This document shows positions 35,313-44,849 of a DNA stretch of 64,000 nucleotides, one piece after another. The translations under genes were made by a program, and so were the position numbers. The stretch comes from a virus: IMG/VR virus record IMGVR_UViG_3300028827_000129, positions 64,001 through 128,000 of that record; one strand, 5' to 3'. The notes below the pieces were generated by a model. That model ran no database searches and was not told where the DNA came from. It was given only the letters and a program-made list of their open reading frames with translations. Numbering within the stretch: the stretch's first letter is position 1; each line of letters begins with the position of its first letter.

Positions 35313-35753
35313 ATGAAAATTAAATTAAAGCCTAATTGTCCAGCTTGGGGGTTATTAGATCAAGATGGCAAGAAGGCTATCTTTTTTTTAAATCGCAGAA
35401 ACCCTGAAGTTGAAATTGATTATTTTTCTTTACCAGAACATTTGAGAGGTGTAATCAATAGAGGTGTGGCTTTAGATTTTATTGAAGTTAGTGAAGAGCC
35501 AAAGGTAGAAGTTGTAGAGCCTGAAAAAGTTGAAACTGTTAAAGACGACCGCGTGATTAAACCAGCTGAATTAAATAGACGGGCCAAGGATTTATTGCGT
35601 GGTAATATTACTAAAATTCGCAAGAATATTAAGGACGAAACTCTTACTTGCACGATTGTAAAAAGAGCGCTTTATTTAGAAAAATCTAGAAAGAAGCCTC
35701 GTAAGATGGTTGTTAGTGTTTTAAGCGGATGGTTAGAAAAAAATGAATGTTAG
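35313..35753 (+). CDS. hypothetical protein (~146 aa)
   Basis: GAGG SD. Confidence 0.7.
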   Translation: MKIKLKPNCPAWGLLDQDGKKAIFFLNRRNPEVEIDYFSLPEHLRGVINRGVALDFIEVSEEPKVEVVEPEKVETVKDDRVIKPAELNRRAKDLLRGNITKIRKNIKDETLTCTIVKRALYLEKSRKKPRKMVVSVLSGWLEKNEC

Positions 35754-36642
35754 TTTTTTTTATCCATCAGATGGAACTACTGGTGTGCCGATTGGAGAGA
35801 CTATTTATGCAGACTTTGACGCTATAGTTGATCCAGGATCAATTAATGCTTCAACCTTTATTGTTGTAGATACTTCTGATAATAATCGTGTGGTTGAGGG
35901 TTCATATGATATTACAGATACATCGTCTGGAAGTAGAGTATCATTCACCCCATCTTTTGATTATAATTCATTAACTACATACAAAATAATTTTATCAAAA
36001 TATATTACTGCTGATACATTAATTAATTTTACAGGAGATGCGTCTAAAGTTTCTTTTAGTGGGCCTTATTTGGGGTCTTCTGCTGATACGTATCATATTA
36101 CCATAGCTGATCCTGGAGGTGCCGTCGGCGAAGCTCAATTCACGTGGTATAAAGCTTCGGCTCCATTGACGATAGAAGGTCCATTTACTGCAGATGGAAC
36201 TGTCATTTTAGATTCAGGCATTGTAGTAAATTTTTGGGGTGGGACTTTAGCTTCAGGAGAAACTTTTTCTATAGATGTTATCCCTGCCGATTATTTACCC
36301 CAAACTTATTCTTGGACATTTACAACGGGTTCTGGGGATGCAACATCTGCTCCTCCAGCGCCATCTACATCTATTTCTAATGTTGATGCGATTGTCAGTA
36401 AGTTATTGTCGGTTATTAATATTACACCAGAGTTTGGGTCTTATAACGTAGTCCCTAGTAGCAATGGTACTTTAGATATAAGAATAAAATTATCTGATGA
36501 CATAGACCAAGCAACAGTCAATAGTGATAATATTTCTATTTCAGTAAAAGACATTGAAACTGGTGTAATAAAGACTGCTACCTTTACGCTTTCTGTAGAG
36601 AACAATGATACAATTTTAATTAGTATTTCTGATATCAGTTGA
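35743..36642 (+). CDS. Ig-like (Big_5/SbsA-type) domain virion protein
   Basis: PSDGTTGVP..I..DFD..VDPGSINASTF..., YSWTFTTG. Confidence 0.75.
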   Translation: MNVSFFYPSDGTTGVPIGETIYADFDAIVDPGSINASTFIVVDTSDNNRVVEGSYDITDTSSGSRVSFTPSFDYNSLTTYKIILSKYITADTLINFTGDASKVSFSGPYLGSSADTYHITIADPGGAVGEAQFTWYKASAPLTIEGPFTADGTVILDSGIVVNFWGGTLASGETFSIDVIPADYLPQTYSWTFTTGSGDATSAPPAPSTSISNVDAIVSKLLSVINITPEFGSYNVVPSSNGTLDIRIKLSDDIDQATVNSDNISISVKDIETGVIKTATFTLSVENNDTILISISDIS

Positions 36643-36650
36643 GGTGTTTT

Positions 36651-37025
36651 ATGGGTGATTTGACGGTTAATTTTTCACGTAAAGAATTTGCATGTAAATG
36701 CGGCTGCGGTGCTGATCATATAGATCTTGGGTTAGTGTATAGGCTACAAGCAGCTAGGTTTATTGCTGGTGTTCCATTTGTAATTAATTCTGGCGTTAGA
36801 TGTAAAGAACATAATTCAGCATTTAGTTCTCCTACTAGTTCTCATATTCCTGGGTATGCTGTGGATATTGCCTGCAATGAAAGTCGCAGTAGATTCAAAA
36901 TTATAGATGCTCTTTTAAAAGCTGGATTTGAAAGGATAGGTATTCGTCACGATTTTATTCATGCTGATGTTGACCCAGAGAAACCAGCGGAGGTAATGTG
37001 GGACTATAACAGAAAGGAGAAATAA
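36651..37025 (+). CDS. peptidase M15 family endolysin
   Basis: NFSRKEFACKCGCG, INSGVRC..HN, SSH..GYAVDI, FIHAD. Confidence 0.9.
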   Translation: MGDLTVNFSRKEFACKCGCGADHIDLGLVYRLQAARFIAGVPFVINSGVRCKEHNSAFSSPTSSHIPGYAVDIACNESRSRFKIIDALLKAGFERIGIRHDFIHADVDPEKPAEVMWDYNRKEK

Positions 37026-37029
37026 TAAG

Positions 37030-37314
37030 ATGACAAAGCAACTTGAATATATAATGAAAGCAGTTTTACTCTTTAAAAATATTTCTGAAGAAGCAGAATT
37101 TAAGGATAAAGAAAAGCCGTTATGGCTTCGGCGTCGTGTATTAGGTAGCATTGTTGGTTTATTCGGAGTTGTCTCTGTTGCCTTTTTTGGCAGGGAAATT
37201 TCTCCAGAGGTGATATCAAGTTTAACCAATAATCTAGAAGTTGTTGTTGGTGGCGTTGTGGCCATTTGGGGGACTGTACTCACAATAGTTGGGCATACTA
37301 ATAAGAAGGAATAA
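37030..37314 (+). CDS. holin-like membrane protein (2 TM)
   Basis: Two TM segments; follows the endolysin. Confidence 0.65.
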   Translation: MTKQLEYIMKAVLLFKNISEEAEFKDKEKPLWLRRRVLGSIVGLFGVVSVAFFGREISPEVISSLTNNLEVVVGGVVAIWGTVLTIVGHTNKKE

Positions 37315-37319
37315 TACAA

Positions 37320-37853
37320 ATGGCTTTGGGGTATTCTATCAGCAAGCCAATAGTTTTTTATAAGGCATTTTGGGAAGGTTTAACGAATTTTGTTTTAGAC
37401 GGTTATCCTATAGACCTTGGCAAAGATAAAATATTTTGCATGCTTTTAACCAGCGATTATGAGCCTAGTGTCGAGAACCATCAGTATTTACTTGACGTAA
37501 GTAATTATGAAGTCAATACAAGTTCTCGATATTCAGAAGGCGGCTTCTTGATGAGAATATACCCAGTTATTTATGATGGTAAAGATTCTAAGACAGGTGA
37601 CACTGTTTCAAATATACTGTGGAAAGCTAGTCCAATAGTTTTTTACCCCGTAGAGCAAGGAGACGAAGCAAACGCTTTTGACAATGCAAGGTTTGCTATT
37701 TTGTATAAAGAGGTCAGAGATCAATCTGGATCTCTGTTAACCGCTAGTTCACCTCTTATAGGTTATTTGGATTTTGGTTATGAATATACTAACCTTAATG
37801 CTGTATTGAGGGTTGACTTTGAAGATAGTGGGTTTTTAAAGATCTCTAGGTGA
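37320..37853 (+). CDS. virion structural protein (177 aa)
   Basis: Beta-rich; structural context. Confidence 0.6.
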   Translation: MALGYSISKPIVFYKAFWEGLTNFVLDGYPIDLGKDKIFCMLLTSDYEPSVENHQYLLDVSNYEVNTSSRYSEGGFLMRIYPVIYDGKDSKTGDTVSNILWKASPIVFYPVEQGDEANAFDNARFAILYKEVRDQSGSLLTASSPLIGYLDFGYEYTNLNAVLRVDFEDSGFLKISR

Positions 37854-37947
37854 GAAAAGAATATTTAGGGGGCGTATTTTTTTGTTTTTTATATTTGTTC
37901 ATGTCGTAAGTTTGGTCCCCTGACTCCGACATGATAAATGAAGATTT

Positions 37948-37975
37948 AAAGCCCCTCTTACAAGAGGGGTTTTTT
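37948..37975 (+). terminator. intrinsic terminator
   Basis: CCCCTCTT-AC-AAGAGGGG followed by a T-tract. Confidence 0.85.
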
Positions 37976-38028
37976 GTGTCGGGTTTTTATAGTATTCTAT
38001 AATATAATATGACTGGAGATTTACTACC

Positions 38029-38715
38029 TTGAGTATACTAGAAGCGAAAATAGGTTCTTATTCTGCAAATGGGACAACTGAAGATGATCCCTTTAAGAAT
38101 TTAGTCATAGAAGTAGAAATAAAGAATATTAAAAATTCTGAAGGGTTTGTATATCCTGAAGTAAAGACAGTTTTTTTAACTGGGTTATACCCATATTACG
38201 GTAATGCAGAAAAGGTAATGTCAGATATTGGTTCACAACGTTCTGACGTTACGTATGCTGATGTCGCTAAGTTTATTTTTGACAATAGTGCATATGCTCT
38301 ATATCAATTTAGAGCAGAGCAGATTACTGATGATTATTTAAAATTTGCTTTGAAGCAATGGGTTAATTGTAAGACTGCATATGATTTATTAATTTATGGC
38401 AATTCGTTTTCTAATAAAATTTTTAAATCATTAGCAGATTTTTCTGTTTCTAAAGCAATTGGTACAGGTGGAGGCAATATTGCAGGAGATTTAGCAGAGA
38501 GATTACTTGATTGCATAAATAAATGGGCCGATGTATTATTATTTAAGGTTGCAGATGCAAATACTGGTTTTGCTACTGCAGTAAGATCTAAGGATGCTAT
38601 AGAAAGTGCTGGTATAGGCAGGACTTATATTATGAATCCAACTCACCCTGGTGCCAATACAAAAATCGTTGTTAAAAAGCGTAGATATGGTAGGACATAT
38701 CAGAGACGTTTTTAG
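38029..38715 (+). CDS. putative head-tail connector/neck protein
   Basis: Position; GGAG SD with TTG start. Confidence 0.5.
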   Translation: MSILEAKIGSYSANGTTEDDPFKNLVIEVEIKNIKNSEGFVYPEVKTVFLTGLYPYYGNAEKVMSDIGSQRSDVTYADVAKFIFDNSAYALYQFRAEQITDDYLKFALKQWVNCKTAYDLLIYGNSFSNKIFKSLADFSVSKAIGTGGGNIAGDLAERLLDCINKWADVLLFKVADANTGFATAVRSKDAIESAGIGRTYIMNPTHPGANTKIVVKKRRYGRTYQRRF

Positions 38716-38717
38716 AT

Positions 38718-39215
38718 ATGGATATTAGAAAAGAATTTAATGAATTAATGGATGAGATTGCTCATCTAGTAATATATCGCCGTTTTAGAAGAAATAATAA
38801 TGGGAAAAGAATAAGATGTGTGTGCTTTAGCGATCTTACGAGAGAAGGTGATAAAGATACAGGATGTCCATATTGTAATGGTGAAGGTTATTTATATGAT
38901 GAAGAATGGGCTCATGCTTATGATGTCCTAGCAACGAGTGGTCAGAAGGCTAAGGATCCAAGATTTTTTTTAGAGGCAGGTGTTTTGACTAAGCCTTACA
39001 AAACATATTATTTTAAATATAATTTTAATCCTGTCAGAAATGATGTTATTTTAGAAGTTAATTTAGACAGCGATGGTGTCCCAGTAAATCCTGTGCAAAT
39101 TGTTGAAACACATGATATTGTCTTGACAGACCCTGTTAGAGGCAAGAACGGACGGATAGAATACTGGAGATGTTTTGTTAGAGGTTATGGGGATGCCTTA
39201 AATAGCGCATTATGA
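38718..39215 (+). CDS. putative head-closure protein with Zn-binding insert
   Basis: CVC...CPYCNGEGY; position. Confidence 0.55.
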   Translation: MDIRKEFNELMDEIAHLVIYRRFRRNNNGKRIRCVCFSDLTREGDKDTGCPYCNGEGYLYDEEWAHAYDVLATSGQKAKDPRFFLEAGVLTKPYKTYYFKYNFNPVRNDVILEVNLDSDGVPVNPVQIVETHDIVLTDPVRGKNGRIEYWRCFVRGYGDALNSAL

Positions 39216-39889
39216 TTCATAATATTTCAAAAACATTAAAGGAAAGTGCTAGACATAACTTGGGGATAGAAGTAATAACCCAATATATTGCTAGTAAGCT
39301 AGATGTCAGCAACCAAGAAAAAAGATCTGGGGATATTGATAAATTTTATGAACTATTAAAGGAGATCGTTAAAGAAAAGCAAATAGATGAAAATATTAAA
39401 ACCCCGATAGAAATTATAGAAGCTGTAAACCCTGAAGAATTTAATGGTGAAATAATAACATTTCATTTGAAATCAAGACGACCTGGGGTATTTGGCAAAG
39501 GCGAGCCAATGAGCGATGTGCCGCCAAAAGCTTATCGTGCTGTTTATAGAGGTAGCGAGCCGGACAAGGTGAACCCAGGTTACAGTAAGATGACTTTTAG
39601 TTTATTTTATGATAATATTATAGAAATAACATGTTGGGCTGGGACGAATAAACAAGCAAATTATAGAGCTTTATGGTTTGAAGAGTTAATGAATGAATAT
39701 ATTTGGCTTTTTAAACTAAATGGGTTGATTCAGGTTTTATATTTAGGGAGAGAAGAGGATGTTACTGAGTCGGGTATGGGTATACATGGCAGGCCTCTTC
39801 GGTATTATGTCAGAAGCGAGAGAATATTCTCAGTTTCTGAAAAGAATGTCGATAAGTATATTTTAAAATTAAAACCAATGAAGGAGTGA
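39212..39889 (+). CDS. putative tail terminator/neck protein
   Basis: Directly upstream of the sheath gene. Confidence 0.5.
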   Translation: MIHNISKTLKESARHNLGIEVITQYIASKLDVSNQEKRSGDIDKFYELLKEIVKEKQIDENIKTPIEIIEAVNPEEFNGEIITFHLKSRRPGVFGKGEPMSDVPPKAYRAVYRGSEPDKVNPGYSKMTFSLFYDNIIEITCWAGTNKQANYRALWFEELMNEYIWLFKLNGLIQVLYLGREEDVTESGMGIHGRPLRYYVRSERIFSVSEKNVDKYILKLKPMKE

Positions 39890-39896
39890 ATAAGTA

Positions 39897-41678
39897 ATGG
39901 CTGATTTTACAAATCTTCCAGGTTTAACAGTCACTAGGGCTGATGGCAACTTGAACCTTCCTGGTCAAGATATTCGCCCTCGTGTTCTTATTCTTGGTAC
40001 TGCTTCAAAAGGAACTTCTTTTGGACTTTATCGAGTCGACCGTTCCGATGAAGCTGAATACGTTTTTGGGTCTGGTGACCTAATTAAGGGAATGTATGAG
40101 GTGGGTGCTGCTGGAGCTAGAACAATTTATCTTATGAGATTAGGGCGGCCAGCTACATTAACTGGTTTTTTGAGTGCTAATACTTCAGCTAAGGTCACTA
40201 TTTTAAACGAAGATCAGACTTATGTCGATAATGTCACTATTAGCTGGGATGACACTAATGGATATCTTACTGTAACGCATACTAACCCAAATACTGGTGC
40301 TAGTGACGTTTTATACGATAATGGTTCTTCTGTTTATCAAACTGATAAAGTGGCAGTTGATGAAGGAGCTGGTTTTGCTGCTGGAGATAATGGTGGCTCT
40401 GATATTACAGCCACTGCGTTTCCAAGTGTTTCTGGTACATATACTCCTGTAGTTACTTCATCTAATGCTTCTAAGATGGCACTTTATGAAATGTTAGACG
40501 AGGCTTTTAAAGAATTAGAAGCTGCTGATATGGATATGATTGTACCAATGAATGTGCACTTAGATGACCCAAATATTGCCGAAGGCGCTACTGGTGTTTC
40601 TATGACAGATTATCCTGCAGCTGGTGGCTCTAATGATATTCTTGGTAAGGTTTACAAGCAAGAATATCAAGGCAAGACGTATTATTGGTGGGATACAGAT
40701 AACGATGGTTCAGCTGACATTTTCCCATCAGTTGGTTCAGCTTCTGCTACTACTGATATTGATGGCAATACCATCGCAGCTTCAGCATATGAGTCTGTTA
40801 ACTTCGCTCATCTATTAGCAAGTTATTGCTACAACTTGTCTAGAAATGAAAATGAGGCAAGGGGCTTTATTGCAGTTAAGCCACCGACTTCATATGCTAT
40901 TAAGGATTTAGTTGCATGGATCGGATCAGCTCCGACACGCGATAGCAATGGTAATGTGACGGCAAATGGGACAGGACTTCTTGGTAATAAATGGATGGTT
41001 GGCACTACTGACGTTGGAACCCCTGGCTTTTTTGCCACAGACAATGATATGCCTAGCGGGAGCCCAATCCTGGACTCGAATGATCAGAAGATTGATATTG
41101 GTCAGTATATTTCTGTTGTAGCTTCTCCTGTGACATTTTATAATTCTTCTGACAGTACTGGTCTTGGATATACTGGCACTGGTCATACTGCGTATGCAGG
41201 CCTTGCTGCAACGCTGGACAGTAAAGAAGCTCCTACATATAAAACTGTTCCTGGAGTATCGTTGCATTACGCGCTCCATAAAGACAAGTTGGATGCGTTA
41301 GTGGGTGCTGGTTATGTTACTTTTTCAACAAAGACAAATCGAGTCGCTGTCTTGGATGGCATCACCGCCGCATTGTCAACATCTGACTATAAGCGTTATT
41401 CTACTTTCGCTATTGCTTCTGATGTGATTACTGATATTCGCAGAGTATGTGAGCCGTTTATTGGTCGCGTACTTGCTTCTGTTGAGCGCGCGGCGATCAA
41501 TACCGCAGTTGAAGGCGTTCTAAATACGCGTCGTGAACAGAATTATATTTCTAACTATGAATATCAAGTTACTTCTACTGCGGCAGAATTGACTGCAGGA
41601 ATTGTTAATGTAGAGGTTATTATTGTTCCTGCTTTTGAGATTAAGAAGATTCAGCTTACAATTTCTATGAGTGTTTAA
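39897..41678 (+). CDS. contractile tail sheath protein
   Basis: N-terminal LPG..., ILGTASKG; C-terminal IVPAFEIKKIQLTI; size. Confidence 0.9.
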   Translation: MADFTNLPGLTVTRADGNLNLPGQDIRPRVLILGTASKGTSFGLYRVDRSDEAEYVFGSGDLIKGMYEVGAAGARTIYLMRLGRPATLTGFLSANTSAKVTILNEDQTYVDNVTISWDDTNGYLTVTHTNPNTGASDVLYDNGSSVYQTDKVAVDEGAGFAAGDNGGSDITATAFPSVSGTYTPVVTSSNASKMALYEMLDEAFKELEAADMDMIVPMNVHLDDPNIAEGATGVSMTDYPAAGGSNDILGKVYKQEYQGKTYYWWDTDNDGSADIFPSVGSASATTDIDGNTIAASAYESVNFAHLLASYCYNLSRNENEARGFIAVKPPTSYAIKDLVAWIGSAPTRDSNGNVTANGTGLLGNKWMVGTTDVGTPGFFATDNDMPSGSPILDSNDQKIDIGQYISVVASPVTFYNSSDSTGLGYTGTGHTAYAGLAATLDSKEAPTYKTVPGVSLHYALHKDKLDALVGAGYVTFSTKTNRVAVLDGITAALSTSDYKRYSTFAIASDVITDIRRVCEPFIGRVLASVERAAINTAVEGVLNTRREQNYISNYEYQVTSTAAELTAGIVNVEVIIVPAFEIKKIQLTISMSV

Positions 41679-41733
41679 TTGGTGTATATAACTAAAGCCT
41701 ATTGCTTTAGTTAATTTTAGGGAGGAAATTAAT

Positions 41734-42351
41734 ATGCCTAGCAATACTGGATATGAGCGGCAAACATATAATAGCTTTTCTGGTGTAGATATTAGAGCTT
41801 CTTTTGGTGACCAGATTATTGGAGAAATCCAGGCTATTAGCTATTCTGTAACAAGAGAAAAGGCTCCTATCTATACCATGGGCGATCCAAATCCACGCTC
41901 TTTTTCTCGTGGAAAGCGCGGTATCGCCGGTTCATTAATCTTTATCATGTTTGATACGAATGCTCTCCTTGATGCATTTAAGGACAAGGATAATTATCGT
42001 TTTTATGATTGGCCTAATTCTGTTAAGCCACCTCGTACAGAGGGGCAACTACTTGGTGGAACTAGTTTAACAAGTTCGCAGCTTGCATTAATTAATAATC
42101 AGAAGGCCTCGGACGCTACTGTTGCTAAAGAATTGACAAATCCTTATTTTACTGACCAAATTCCGCCTTTTGATATTACGTTGACTGGCGAGAATGAATA
42201 CGGCGCTGTTACTTCTATGAAAATTTGGGGCGTTGAGCTATTGAATGAGGGCTCTGGAGTAAGCGTTGATGATATGGTTATTGAGCAACAATATACCTTT
42301 GTTGCAAGAAATATTTCACAGTGGACTAAAGGAACAGCTAGAGTAGCTTAA
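41734..42351 (+). CDS. tail tube protein
   Basis: Follows the sheath; strong SD; hairpin downstream; GEIQAISYS..REK.P. Confidence 0.8.
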   Translation: MPSNTGYERQTYNSFSGVDIRASFGDQIIGEIQAISYSVTREKAPIYTMGDPNPRSFSRGKRGIAGSLIFIMFDTNALLDAFKDKDNYRFYDWPNSVKPPRTEGQLLGGTSLTSSQLALINNQKASDATVAKELTNPYFTDQIPPFDITLTGENEYGAVTSMKIWGVELLNEGSGVSVDDMVIEQQYTFVARNISQWTKGTARVA

Positions 42352-42357
42352 AGAGGG

Positions 42358-42379
42358 TGGCCCCGCGAAAGCGGGGCCA
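42358..42379 (+). terminator. hairpin with GAAA tetraloop after the tube gene
   Basis: TGGCCCCGC-GAAA-GCGGGGCCA; no clear T-tract. Confidence 0.6.
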
Positions 42380-42388
42380 TAAAATAGT

Positions 42389-43135
42389 ATGTCAGGTAAA
42401 TTACCTTATTCTAACAATACTGAACCTTTATTATCTCAATTTGATCCCTATCGCGAACAATCTTCTGGTATCACAGAAGATAAGCACAAGCTTGATAAAA
42501 TAGACGATGTTATTATTTATGACAAGGCTTCATATTCAGGAGTCGACATTAAATGTTTGGTCATGGGACCTCCAGGTGCAGCTGAAGGAGCAGAAGAGGG
42601 ATGGATAAAAGTACTGGGGGAAGTACAGACTGTTTCTTATCAAATCCATAGAGAGAAGGTCCCAGTTAGAACATTAGGCAGAAGTGCGCCAAAAACGTAT
42701 ACGAAAGGTACTAAGACCGTTGCAGGGTCAATGATATTCACGCTATTTGATCGTCATGTTTTTAATTCAATGTTATTAGGATCTAAGCTTTATGGTTCTG
42801 CTAAGGATACAGCAAATCCTTATGTTACTGTAGACCAATTACCGAGATTTGATTTTGTATTATATTTTGCCAATGAACGTGGTAGTGAGTCGTTGCTTGC
42901 TATCTTAGATTTAGAAATTGTCAATGAGGGTGGTGTATTTAGTGTGAATGACATGATATCTGAAGCAACTATGAATTGGGTTGCGCAGCATATTATGCCA
43001 TTAAGGTCTTTAGATGAATATAAACGAGCAATTAATAGTAAGCAAGGGGCGGTTCAGAAGGGGAAGAGATTTTCAGACATAGTTAACCAATTAGGCTATA
43101 AAGAAGTTTTAGCCAGCAATAATCCATTTATTTAA
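42389..43135 (+). CDS. tail tube paralog 2
   Basis: Shares SGVDI, GEVQ.VSY, REK.P, AGSMIF..FD with the tube protein. Confidence 0.75.
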   Translation: MSGKLPYSNNTEPLLSQFDPYREQSSGITEDKHKLDKIDDVIIYDKASYSGVDIKCLVMGPPGAAEGAEEGWIKVLGEVQTVSYQIHREKVPVRTLGRSAPKTYTKGTKTVAGSMIFTLFDRHVFNSMLLGSKLYGSAKDTANPYVTVDQLPRFDFVLYFANERGSESLLAILDLEIVNEGGVFSVNDMISEATMNWVAQHIMPLRSLDEYKRAINSKQGAVQKGKRFSDIVNQLGYKEVLASNNPFI

Positions 43136-43142
43136 TCAAATT

Positions 43143-43886
43143 ATGACAGACGTAGTTAAGAGAGATATACCTGCAGCTAGATGGGATAACGACTTTTTTA
43201 CTGGTGCCCAAGTAAATGTGTATTTTGGAGACGTTTGGGTAGACGACATTGTATCTCTAAGCTTTAGTTTAGAACAAACAAAGAGACCTATTTATGGTTA
43301 TGCTTCTCAATATTATGATGCTGTTGCTAAGGGTAAAATTTCAGTAAGAGGCAATTTTACAATTAATTTTAAAGAAAATGGATATTTATATGTTATACTA
43401 GATTATCTGAAGAATAATTTTTATACTAAAGAAGAAAAAGGTGGTTCTTCAGAAACTTTGCAAAAAGCATTTTTTATGGAAAAGGCAGAGTCTGGTCGAG
43501 GTGATGCAAAGGTAATTTCTAGGAATATAGAAAATATTCTTGAGAAAAAATCTTCAGGAGCCGAAGGATTTGATAGATTAACATATTTTTTAAATGCCGA
43601 TATGTCTAAATTTGAAGATTTAGCTGAAGCATATGAAGATAGTGTATGGTCAGATGAAGGGGTTTCTGTAAAGACTATTGGAGGCATCAATAAAAAATAC
43701 AAAAGACCAGATGAATTTGGCCCTTTTGATATTATTATTACTTACGGCGATATTAATGCCAGCAAGGAAGATCATACAGTAAAGAGGATTACAGGTGTTG
43801 AGTTATTGGGGGCGTCTCAAATAGTAAATTCGGACAGTGAGCCGATATATGAAGCATACCAATTTATAGCTCGCAATATTCTTTAG
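43143..43886 (+). CDS. tail tube paralog 3
   Basis: FTGAQV, KRPIYG, PFDIIITYG, GVELL, YQFIARNI. Confidence 0.7.
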   Translation: MTDVVKRDIPAARWDNDFFTGAQVNVYFGDVWVDDIVSLSFSLEQTKRPIYGYASQYYDAVAKGKISVRGNFTINFKENGYLYVILDYLKNNFYTKEEKGGSSETLQKAFFMEKAESGRGDAKVISRNIENILEKKSSGAEGFDRLTYFLNADMSKFEDLAEAYEDSVWSDEGVSVKTIGGINKKYKRPDEFGPFDIIITYGDINASKEDHTVKRITGVELLGASQIVNSDSEPIYEAYQFIARNIL

Positions 43887-43895
43887 GAGGTTTTT

Positions 43896-44318
43896 ATGTC
43901 TAAAGCAGAAAAAGATTTAGATGTCCAGGCTGAAGAGCAGGTAGAAGGTAGTAAAGAGGCAGTAGATCCTATTATGGCTGCATTTGAGAAGATGGAGAAT
44001 GGTCCATCTAAAGAGCAAATAGAGCTATGGAAAAATGAACATAATGGGGAGGTTTATATCTCCGCTTTTGATGAAGATGAAATTTATGTTTGGAGACCAT
44101 TGTACCGTCTTGAGTATAAGAATATTATCAAGATGGTTAAGGACCCAATTATGGCAGACGAGAAGATGCTAGAGAAGTGTTTACTTTTTCCTAGAGTCAC
44201 TCCAGAGTTTTTATCTATGACTAAAGCAGGTACTATTGAAACTATGGCTGCACAAATTAGGGAAGTTTCTAATTTTGTTAATCCAGAAACTGCCATTGGG
44301 CTTGTACGTAAGCTTTAA
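43896..44318 (+). CDS. tail assembly chaperone
   Basis: Position; YVWRPL.R.EY, KAGTIET. Confidence 0.65.
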   Translation: MSKAEKDLDVQAEEQVEGSKEAVDPIMAAFEKMENGPSKEQIELWKNEHNGEVYISAFDEDEIYVWRPLYRLEYKNIIKMVKDPIMADEKMLEKCLLFPRVTPEFLSMTKAGTIETMAAQIREVSNFVNPETAIGLVRKL

Positions 44319-44328
44319 AATGTAAAGG

Positions 44329-44838
44329 ATGCGTTTATTTGAAGAAAGGTATGGTATAGAATTCCAGGACGGGGAGTTTATAGTTTTTAAACTCCTCTCC
44401 TGGGGTCAATATAGGCGCTACAGAGAAATTTATTTTTCTAATCCTGATGCTCTTCCTGAAATAGAGGAAGAGATTTTTGATTTATGCGTATATAACGCTC
44501 ATTTATATGATAAAAACTATCTAAAAGCTGGGACTGTCTCTACTGTCGCATATGCAATACTTAAATTATCAGGCCCAAATAGTTTAAAAGACGTAGAAGA
44601 ATCTTTAACAATAGCTAGAAATAATATTAGTGATGTTGGGTATCAATTGGCTGGATTTGTTTGCAAGGCATTTCCTGCATATAAATTAAGCGATATTGAC
44701 GACTTAACGTGGCATGAATTTATGAATCTCGTTGCATTATCGGAGCAGATATTAGGTAAGGACATAGATTTTAATCAAAACCAATCTATGCAGAACCAAC
44801 ATCAATACAACTATGTAAATAAGAAATTTCATAGGTAG
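44329..44838 (+). CDS. second tail assembly chaperone-like protein
   Basis: Similar FKLLSW.QY and KAGTVST motifs. Confidence 0.55.
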   Translation: MRLFEERYGIEFQDGEFIVFKLLSWGQYRRYREIYFSNPDALPEIEEEIFDLCVYNAHLYDKNYLKAGTVSTVAYAILKLSGPNSLKDVEESLTIARNNISDVGYQLAGFVCKAFPAYKLSDIDDLTWHEFMNLVALSEQILGKDIDFNQNQSMQNQHQYNYVNKKFHR

Positions 44839-44849
44839 GATTTTTTGTT

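Noticed and set aside
43896-44838. Programmed frameshift fusing the two tail chaperones
   Set aside because: The second gene's frame has a TAA at 44323-44325 just before its ATG, and TTTAAAA is not in slippery register
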